Assembly (NCBI GenBank): GCA_963693365.1
Contig: CAVNZM010000016.1
Coordinates: forward strand, 2,941,957 to 3,005,956
DNA: 64,000 nucleotides
Source: Amoebidium appalachense
Taxonomy: Eukaryota > Protista > Ichthyosporea
Direction of reading: 5' to 3'
The notes below the pieces were generated by a model, which saw nothing but the letters and a program-made list of their open reading frames with translations, was not told where the DNA came from and did no database searches. The number at the start of each line of letters is the position of its first letter. Within the stretch, counting starts at the first letter, position 1. This document shows positions 55,305-64,000 of this stretch, one piece after another. The position numbers and the translations under genes are program-made.

Positions 55305-57365
55305 ATGCCCCCTAATTTTTATAAGGATTCCACAGCTATGCCACGTCATGTCTTTGCCGCCTCTGATTTGTTTCCTGTTCCGGCCATTCCTGTGCCGGAC
55401 CGTTCTGGACAAGCCCGTCTACGGAGTCAACGCCGTCGGCAACGTCTGTCTCACCGCCTGAAGGGGGTTACCTTGGCTAACCGTTGACTTGGTGCCCTCA
55501 ACGAGCTGTGGGCAGGCGGCCCTTGCCCATTCCCGACCCGGTTGGTGAACAGTCACCACCATGCTCTGTGGACCTTTGTCCTTAGGGCCAGCTACGATGC
55601 TATACGCGCGCGCGGGTGTGTACGACGCTCAGCCTGCGAGTAGTGTCTTGGCTGCGTTCCCCGCGGCCTACCCTGTATTGACAGGATGGCTCTACCTCTC
55701 ACGGCGGCAAATGCCGCTTTGCCACCCCCTGGGGTTGGAGCCACAGTGGACGTGTTGCAGTTTTTGTCTCCTACGCTGCAGCCGTTTTTGGCCAACTGCG
55801 ACGGCGGCCTTCTCAAGCCTGTTCCGCCGACGCCTGCAGAGCTGCGCCGCATCCGACCGGCGCATCACGTTCCCAGTGGGGAATACGATCCCCTGCTTCT
55901 TCGGCTTCAAGGCTGCGGCATGGTGCACTATTTCGAGGCGAAGAAAAAACCACTGGCCATCAATGGGCTGTTTGGGGTCCCCAAAGACACCAGAGCCCGC
56001 GTCATTTTTGACGGCCGCCGTGGCAACCTGTTCTTTGCCCGTGATCATCCTGCCCTCAAGGTGCACCTGCCCAACCCTGCCGATTTTGCCGATCTGTTGC
56101 TGGGACCTGAGGATTGCCTCTATTTTGGCAAGTCGGACATGGACAACCAGTTCCATCGTCTTCTTGCCCCCGAGTGGCTGTGGCGGTACTTCGGATTGCC
56201 GCCTGTGTCTTCGAAGGCTGTTGGCCTTTCTGGGCCCAACCGGCTTGTGTACCCAGCCCTCAAGACCGTGCCCATGGGCTGGGTGCATTCTGTGCTTGTG
56301 GCTCAAGACGTCCATGGGCAGTTGGCTGACCGAGCCGGCATGCCCCGCATTGAGCGCCTCTGTGCGATAGTGCCGCGGCCTGTGGAGGCCACGCAGCATG
56401 CCCTGTATGTGGACGACTGTGGTTGGGTCGGCACAGATGCCACCGCCATCAATCGTCAGCGTGAATCGTATCATGGCGTCACCGGCCCGGCTGGTCTTCC
56501 CTCCAATGTCAAGAAGGATGTGGCTGCTGGTTCGTCGTCCTCTATGGTGCTGCTAGGCCTGGAAATGCATCGCTCTGGGATATTGCGCCTGTCTGGCGCT
56601 TCCTTGTGCCGTCTGGTGGCGGAAACCCAGGCCGTGTTGCGTCGTGGTGTCGTCACGCAGCTCCGTTTGCAGCAGTTGCTTGGTTCTTGGGTGTGGGCGG
56701 CACTGCTGCAGCGGCCGCTTTTGTCGGTTCTGATTGCCGTCTACAGTTTTGTGGAGCAGCTCGGGGGTCGGGAACAGCCCCTTCCCCCGCCCGTGGTGTG
56801 GGAGCTTCAGGCGATGTGTGCTTTGGCCCCTTTGATGCGTTGTGATTTGCGTTCTGGGTTTGCTAGCACCATGTTCTGCACTGATGCTTCCTTGTTGGGT
56901 GGTGCAGTGGTGTCCCGGGTGCTTCCAGCAACGCTTCTCCGCGAAGTGCTGCCTCACTGCAACCGGCGTGGCCACTACAGCCAGCTGTCTGGTCCTGTGC
57001 ACGAGCCAAGCCCGTCCGCCCCCCCGGCACCTATCCTGGCAGCTGTTGGTGACCGGTGGACCATCAACATCAGTCATCGTTGGCGCCACTCCGACCACAT
57101 CAACATTCTGGAGGGAGAAGCCTTGCTCCTGGGGCTTCGTCGATTAGGTCGGTCTACGGCTGCCCGGGGCTCCCGCTACCTTTGGGGCCTTGATTCGACG
57201 GCGCTGCTTGGGGCTGTTGCTGAGGGTCGTTCAGCATTCCGATGCCTTAACCGTGTATGCCGCCAGGTGGCTGCCTACACGCTTGCCCTCGACATTCGTT
57301 TGTATTGTGTGTGGCTGCCGTCAGCCCACAATCCTGCAGATGGTCCCTCGCGGTTTTCTGGCTGA
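55305..57365 (+). pseudogene. RT/RNase H of copy 6 (early stop/frameshifts; 55686-57365 open)
   Basis: All RT (YVDD) and RNase H (TDAS, INILE, LDST, NPADGPSR) motifs in the 559-aa frame. Confidence 0.9.
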
Positions 57366-57992
57366 CCAGGCCATAAAGCCCCCAACCCTCAAGGCCTACC
57401 GGGATGCTGTTGTTGAGTTCCTGGATTGGTTGCCCCCTGGCACCGACACCAAGTCCCCCGCCGAACTGGACGACCTCCTGGTGGAGTATTTTGAGGAGTG
57501 TTATGCCATTGATCCATCGCGTGGCCAGCGTCAGCGCTGTGTCAACACAGCTGCCGGCATCAAGCATTTCATGCCACGCCTGGGTCCACACCTGCAGGCC
57601 GCCCAACGGAGCCTGCAGGGCTGGAACCGGCTTGTTCCAGCAAAGACCACGCCCCCGCTTCCGTTTTCATTGGTCCTCGTCATTGACCATCATTTGTATT
57701 CCAAAATTGGCCCCTTGTTTGGTATTGCTGTTTTGCTTGGATTTGAGTGTTATTTTCGTGTCAGTGAGCTGCTTATGCTCACCCGTGCGGATCTTATTTT
57801 GCCCGACGACCCCGTTCCCCACGACATGCCACCCGGTACAGGCGGCATCCGCCTGGCCGACACCAAGACCGGTCCAAATCAGTTTGTCCCCATCACCGAT
57901 CCGTCCCTGGTGGCCATCCTGTCTTTCTGGTTCCGTGGCGCCCCCCTTCTGCGCGGCTGTTTCCTTTCTCGTATGATGTTCTGCGTGCCAAG
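57340..57992 (+). pseudogene. Tyrosine recombinase of copy 6, 3' truncated
   Basis: Lacks HSLR and the catalytic Tyr; ends at a CCAAG microhomology junction. Confidence 0.88.
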
Positions 57993-58205
57993 GCCTACAC
58001 CATGCTACTACTACGAATCTTACAGCACACTCGCAACACACAATTTCACTCCAACGGGGCTATCTAATTCTCCTGCAAAGAAAACACGTTTACAAACTAA
58101 ATATTCTTATGCCAACGTCGTCTTTACCAGCCCCAGCAAGGGGGTACATGAGCCGGTGCCTGTGGATCAATCTCACAAGCAGGCACAGGTGTGCTGCACC
58201 ACTCC

Positions 58206-59135
58206 CTACCTGGCACGGGAAGGAACGAACCATGCCGTGGGTGACTGACGCAGCGCTGCAGCCCGGGCAAGGAGTGACGCAGGCACGCGAATAGAAAGAA
58301 CAAGAGACTGGCCGGCCTGCACATACCGGCGGAGGGAGGCATGCGATCTCCACCGACCACGCAAAGCAATCGTCTCTACTGAAACAACCCTGACGTAGTC
58401 TCTCGAGGCACCGCCATGGCGAAGACTGTGAAGATGGAACCCATACTCGTTGAGGCCGAGGGAGTCACATGCCGCTTGGAACTTGGCACGCAGAACATCA
58501 TACGAGAAAGGAAACAGCCGCGCAGAAGGGGGGGCACCACGGAACCAGAAAGACAGGATGGCCAACAGGGACGGGTCGGTGATGGGGACAAACTGATTTG
58601 AACCGGTCTTGGTGTCGGCCAGCCGGATGCCGCCTGTACCCGGTGGCATGTCGTGGGGAACGGGGTCGTCGGGCAAAATAAGATCCGCACGAGTGAGCAT
58701 AAGCAGCTCACTGGCACGAAAATAACACTCAAATCCAAGCAAAACAGCAATACCAAACAAGGGGCCAATTTTGGAATACAAATGATGGCCAATGACGAGG
58801 ACCAATGAAAACGGAAGCGGGGGCATGGTCTTTGCTGAAACAAGCCGGTTCCAGCCCTGCAGGCTCCGTTGGGCGGCCTGCAGGTGTGGACCCAAGCGTG
58901 GCATGAAATGCTTGATGCCGGCAGCTGTGTTGATACAGCGCTGACGCTGGCCACGCGATGGATCAATGGCATAACACTCCTCAAAATACTCCACCAGGAG
59001 GTCGTCCAGTTCGGCGGGGGACTTGGTGTCGGTGCCAGGGGGCAACCAATCCAGGAACTCAACAACAGCATCCCGGTAGGCCTTGAGCGTTGGGGGCTTT
59101 ATGGCCTGGTCAGCCAGAAAACCGCGAGGGACCAT
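58206..59135 (-). CDS. Intact tyrosine recombinase (309 aa) of a DIRS-order retrotransposon
   Basis: Uninterrupted MVPRGFLADQ...PSRAR* with the catalytic set R (YFRASEL), K (TKTG), HxxR (HSLRHGG), W (GRW), Y (LRRYV). Confidence 0.9.
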   Translation of the reverse strand: MVPRGFLADQAIKPPTLKAYRDAVVEFLDWLPPGTDTKSPAELDDLLVEYFEECYAIDPSRGQRQRCINTAAGIKHFMPRLGPHLQAAQRSLQGWNRLVSAKTMPPLPFSLVLVIGHHLYSKIGPLFGIAVLLGFECYFRASELLMLTRADLILPDDPVPHDMPPGTGGIRLADTKTGSNQFVPITDPSLLAILSFWFRGAPPSARLFPFSYDVLRAKFQAACDSLGLNEYGFHLHSLRHGGASRDYVRVVSVETIALRGRWRSHASLRRYVQAGQSLVLSIRVPASLLARAAALRQSPTAWFVPSRAR

Positions 59136-61167
59136 CTGCAGGATTGTGGGCTGACGGCAGCCACACACAATACAAACGAATGTCGAGGGCAAGCGTGTAG
59201 GCAGCCACCTGGCGGCATACACGGTTAAGGCGTCGGGATGCTGAACGACCCTTAGCAACAGCCCCAAGCAGCGCCGTCGAATCAAGGCCCCAAAGGTAGC
59301 GGGAGCCTCGGGCAGCCGTAGACCGACCTAATCGACGAAGCCCCAGGAGCAAGGCTTCTCCCTCCAGAATGTTGATGTGGTCGGAGTGGCGCCAACGATG
59401 ACTGATGTTGGTGGTCCACCCGCCACCAACAGCTGCCAGGATAGGTGCCGGGGGGGCGGACGGGCTTGGCTCGTGCACAGGACCAGACAGCTGGCTGTAG
59501 TGGCCACGCCGGTTGCAGTGAGGCAGCACTTCGCGGAGAAGCGTTGCTGGAAGCACCCGGGACACCACTGCACCACCCAACAAGGAAGCATCAGTGCAGA
59601 ACATGGTGCTAGCAAACCGAGAACGCAAATCACAACGCATCAAAGGGGCCAAAGCACACATCGCCTGAAGCTCCCACACCACGGGCGGGGGAAGGGGCTG
59701 TTCCCGAACCCCAGCTGCTCCACAAAACTGTAGACGGCACTCAGAACCGACAAAAGCGGCCGCTGCAGCAGTGCCGCCCACACCCAACCACCAAGCAACT
59801 GCTGCAAACGGAGCTGCGTGACGACACCACGACGCAACACGGCCTGGGTTTCCGCCACCAGACGGCACAAGGAAGCGCCAGACGGGCGCAATATCCCAGA
59901 GCGATGCATTTCCAGGCCTAGCAGCACCATAGAGGACGACGAACCAGCAGCCACATCCTTCTTGACAATGGAGGGAAGACCAGCCGGGCCGGTGACGCCA
60001 TGATACGATTCACGCTGACGATTGATGGCGGTGGCATCTGTGCCGACCCAGCCACAGTCGTCCACATACAGGGCATGCTGCGTGGCCTCCACAGGCCGCG
60101 GCACTATCGCACAGAGGCGCTCAATGCGGGGCATGCCGGCTCGGTCAGCCAACTGCCCATGGACGTCTTGAGCCACAAGCACAGAATGCACCCAGCCCAT
60201 GGGCACGGTCTTGAGGGCTGGGTACACAAGCCGGTTGGGCCCAGAAAGGCCAACAGCCTTCGAAGACACAGGCGGCAATCCGAAGTACCGCCACAGCCAC
60301 TCGGGGGCAAGAAGACGATGGAACTGGTTGTCCATGTCCGACTTGCCAAAATAGAGGCAATCCTCAGGTCCCAGCAACAGATCGGCAAAATCGGCAGGGT
60401 TGGGCAGGTGCACCTTGAGGGCAGGATGATCACGGGCAAAGAACAGGTTGCCACGGCGGCCGTCAAAAATGACGCGGGCTCTGGTGTCTTTGGGAACCCC
60501 AAACAGCCCATTGATGGCCAGTGGTTTTTCCTCCGCCTCGAAATAGTGCACCATGCCGCAGTTTTGAAGCCGAAGAAACAGGGGACCGTATTCCCCACTG
60601 GGAACGTGATGCGCCGGTCGGATGCGGCGCAGCTCTGCAGGCGTCGGCGGAACAGGCTTGAGAAGGCCGCCGTCGCAGTTGGCCAAAAACGGCTGCAGTG
60701 TAGGAGACAAAGACTGCAACACGTCCACTGTGGCTCCAACCCCAGGGTGTGGCAAAGCGGCATTTGCCGCCGTGAGAGGTAGCCATCCTGTCAATACAGG
60801 GTAGGCTGCGGGGAACGCAGCCAAGACACTACTCGCAGGCTGAGCGTCGTAGACACCCGCGCGTATAGCATCGTAGCTGGCCCTAAGAACAAAGGTCCAC
60901 AGGGCATGGTGGTGACTGTTCACCAACCGGGTCTGGAATGGGCAAGGGCCGCCTGCCCACAGCTCGTTGAGGGCACCAAGACAACGGTTAGCCAAGGTAA
61001 CCAACCCCCTTCAGGCGGTGAAACAGAGGTTGCCGACGGCGTTGACTCCGTAGACGGTCTTGCCCAGAACGGTCCGGCACAGGAATGGCTGGAACAGGAA
61101 ATAAATCAGAGGCGGCAAAGACATGCCGTGGCATAGCTGTGGAATCCTTAGAAAAATTAGGGGGCAC
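59110..61167 (-). pseudogene. RT/RNase H of copy 7 (ATG changed to GTG, frameshifts near 61000 and 59710)
   Basis: ORFs 59640-61004 (RT, YVDD) and 59110-59868 (RNase H). Confidence 0.9.
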
Positions 61168-61244
61168 ATTTAATCAAGGGCACGGGGCAGGAAACCACAA
61201 GAAAATAATATACAGAACCGCGTGCCAAACCCCCAAAGGGCCGT

Positions 61245-62321
61245 TTAGGCCCTGTGGCCACCGGCCCCCAGAGGGGTCGATGGACCGGCGCCGGATGGGC
61301 CGCTGCCGGGACCGCGCCGAGCCCTGGTGACTTTGGCGAGGGTCTTGGCTTGACGAACAGCCCGGGTGGCCAAGGCAGGGGGCAGGGGCAGGCTGCGCGC
61401 AGGGAGCTCCTCAAACTGGTCTGCAACAGCCCAGTCCCCGTTGGACTGATCAGCAGTCTGCACAGCCAGCAGACGGCGCACACCAACTTCCACAGCAGGC
61501 GACTCCTTGCGGGCCTTAGGGTCGGCAGCCAGCAGCAGATCCAGCATACGGGCAAGTGTCAGAGCTCCCGTTTGTTGCGGTAGCTGACCCAATCCGCCGC
61601 GTGGACAGCCGCAGTGACCGAGGCCTGGTCAGCCAAGGTGCTCTTGAGGTAGGAAGGGGCCAGACGTTCTTTGACGCGCAGGTTTGGCGCCGCTGGAGAG
61701 CAGATAACGGCTTTGGCGCCGCTGGAGAGCAGATAACGGCTGGGGTTGGGTTTGGAACGGCCAGAGGAACGATGGCTGCGAGAGGAACGACCGTAGCCAC
61801 TGCTGCTGGATGAAGAATCCTCATTCGAAGATGGGGTGTCTTCGCTGCCCGTGTCAGACACATAGACAGGCTCCTTGCCCTTTTGCCCGCGCAGACAGCG
61901 TGCCCAGCAGGCCGCCGGCAGAGGGCTTCTTGTGGTGACCAGACTGGGCAACAGAGAGGGCTTGCAATTGGGCAGAAAGCGCCTGCAGCTGCTCTTGGAT
62001 GTCTACACCGTCAGAACGCCGCTGCGGAGAAGGCGACCCAGGTGGGGGGGAGGCACGGCCGCTGCGAGGAGTGCGACAGAGCAAGTGCAGCTGGTCGGTG
62101 ACTTTCCAACCGACCATCTCAGGGTCATCAAAAGCCACCAAGCGCCTTGAGGGTGAAACCACACTGTTGACGGTTTCTGCCGGCAGGCTGTTCCAGGGGA
62201 GGGCGTTGGACTGCAAAACTTCCAGACTTTTGAGACTTGTGTCGTCCGCATCGGTAGAGATCTCCAAAAGCTTCTCTAGGAGAGCGGCCCCCTTGGCAAC
62301 CAGAGCAGGAGGAGGGGCCAT
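61245..62321 (-). pseudogene. gag-like ORF1 of copy 7 (frameshifted)
   Basis: Three overlapping frames reconstruct the same protein as copy 6. Confidence 0.75.
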
Positions 62322-62907
62322 TGCAATGCTCACAAACCAGACTAGAGCACGGAAACTTGAAAACGAATACTGGAAAATGCAAAAAACATGGGAAAAACGA
62401 CACCGCATAAAACGTCCGAAAACCAGCTAAAACGAAATGGCGCGCACGCAAAACTCTAATTAGATGCTGCCGAAGCTAAGCGCGCGCTCCTGGGCAAAAA
62501 AAAAACTAGAGAAAAAACGAACAACAGCGCGAAAAACGGGGACTAGAGTTGCAAAAAACCTAGTTAAACAATTGTGCCTAAAGAGACCTAAACGCGCTCA
62601 GTAGCGCCGCAACTGACCTCCCTGGGGCCGGCAAACTCATTACATAGCGCGGCCCACATTTTTGCCTATGGAAATATGAAGAAATGACTTAGAACCTATC
62701 AAATCCATGAAATCTACCAAACTGGAATTTTTGCTGCACATCAACCAATGAAATTTTTTCACAAGTGGCTAAAACCCCTAGATATGGTATGCGTATTTGA
62801 AGGCAATCATACAATTATGGCTTACCAAACACGCCTGAAGATGCTGCAGGTTTGACTGCGACACAAAATCTCTAAACAGCAAAATAATGCAAAATATCAT
62901 CTCACGT

Positions 62908-63426
62908 CGCGTGTGTACTAAGAGACGCGGCACTCTACTAAGGGTACCCACACGGAAGGGAACGAATGTGTACGAAAAAACGGTAAAGTTTATTACAGAC
63001 CAGGCTCCGACGGGCAAACTGAGATCCGAACGGAATCCAGCTAAGTCACAACTGCGGCCATCAAGGCCGTGCCCTCAAAGATCATCATCACTTGGCCCCC
63101 CTACGATGCCACATTCCATACATTCCGATCTAAGGAACTCTATTGTGCGCCTGCACGAGCTAAGTCGATCGGCACACACTAATATAAACATCATCGTCTC
63201 TCCCCTCTCTCTTCCCCTAGTGGCACCGCAGAGTCTAAATCTACATTTCATATTATCCCCCCCCCCCCTCCCCCCCCTCTACTCTTTCCTGTACTACAAT
63301 ATATACATACATTTGGCAGACAGCACTATCTGAACTTGCCAAAATTTATAAGGGCTTCTGCCCAAACTTAATACATTCCAAAGTCCTCCTACGATCTATC
63401 CTACACACTATTTCTAATCAATCCTA
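62908..63426 (-). repeat. Second copy of the Gypsy LTR-like sequence, inverted relative to 50186-50706
   Basis: Reverse-complement similarity along ~520 bp (the same spurious peptide MPHSIHSDLRNS appears in both). True extent beyond 63426 unknown. Confidence 0.85.
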
Positions 63427-63709
63427 TTGGTCGGCTCCTCCAGCTGACGTGGTCCTGCCCTGCGCCGGCAGAGGCAAGATGCCCGCAGCTGTGCAGCTGA
63501 TCTTGAGGCCCCGGACTTGATCTTGATGATCTGTGGACCCGGGCTACCCCCCCCCCCCCCCCCGATCTTGATCGTAGACTTAGGATGATCGGCTGAGACG
63601 GATTAGTATTTGTCAATTGGCTTCTGAGAACCCAAATGCTACTGCGACCAAACAAAAGGGGTGAACGATAAGACCAATGGAAAAAACGGATTGGAGGACG
63701 GGAACGCCC

Positions 63710-64000
63710 TCACAGAGGCGGGAGAATGATCGGCAGGCGCTCCACCTCGGCTCTGGCAAAGTCGGCAATAGCAGCACCATGCTGAGCACGCGTCTTCTGG
63801 TAGTTGAGCCGGGATGCCAGCAGCTGGACGACGTCACACTGGTACTGCACCAGCAGCCTGGTCATGTGGGCGTCAGAAATCCCCTTAGCCGCGGCAAGGT
63901 TGGCGCCTTGGACTAGGACAGACAGAGCACCACTGGCAATGAGTGTGCAGCACTCTTCACGGGCGCCGGCAGACACCTTGTCGAGCCAACCCCACTGGGA
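63710..64000 (-). CDS. 3' end of an unidentified ORF running off the window
   Basis: Open, GC-rich, protein-like frame ...AREECCTLIASGALSVLVQGANLAAAKGISDAHMTRLLVQYQCDVVQLLASRLNYQKTRAQHGAAIADFARAEVERLPIILPPL*; no family recognised. Confidence 0.45.
   Translation of the reverse strand, partial: SQWGWLDKVSAGAREECCTLIASGALSVLVQGANLAAAKGISDAHMTRLLVQYQCDVVQLLASRLNYQKTRAQHGAAIADFARAEVERLPIILPPL

Larger units (their letters stand above)
53495..57992 (+). mobile_element. Ngaro-like copy 6 (A1 lacking ~40 bp; truncated within YR)
   Basis: A1 53495-53947, gag, RT/RH, YR 57340-57992 fused to copy 7. Confidence 0.92.
57988..62783 (-). mobile_element. Ngaro-like copy 7 (both ends truncated)
   Basis: Partial A2 57988-58103, B1 58104-58199, YR, RT/RH, gag 61245-62321, partial A1 62551-62783. 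Confidence 0.92.

Noticed and set aside
58206-59135. Phage integrase / prophage or Crypton interpretation of the YR
   Set aside because: Always linked to RT/RNase H and split direct repeats, which defines a DIRS-order retrotransposon.

Overview
Eukaryotic, repeat-dominated window with almost no intact host genes; most long ORFs in the supplied track are artefacts of (CA)n/(TG)n and poly-G/C tracts. 1-8.2 kb: low-complexity DNA with possible small minus-strand exons. 8242-9669: SINE-like retroposon (17-bp target-site duplication, A-rich tail, internal ~41-bp minisatellite). 9714-22404: a ~12.7-kb DNA transposon with ~35-bp terminal inverted repeats, GGATATCC-rich subtermini and a decayed, intron-containing Plavaka-type (CACTA/EnSpm-related) transposase, one intron holding a ~2.9-kb (TG)n tract. 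23166-26976: disrupted gene for a type I membrane, mucin-like Thr-rich protein. 29.8-62.8 kb: a dense nest of about eight complete or partial copies of one tyrosine-recombinase retrotransposon family (gag-like ORF, RT/RNase H, YR) with Ngaro/PAT-type split direct repeats (A1-ORFs-B1-A2-spacer-B2). The nest includes a solo A-B unit inside another copy's YR gene, head-to-head and tail-to-tail inverted fusions, one intact YR ORF (58206-59135), a B/A junction from a second diverged family, and a truncated Ty3/Gypsy element. The most informative signal is the dyad-symmetric B/A junction together with two empty-site comparisons inside the window, which point to TSD-less integration at AAT/GAATAT-like sites. 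These are known element classes. Whether the families are new cannot be decided without database searches.
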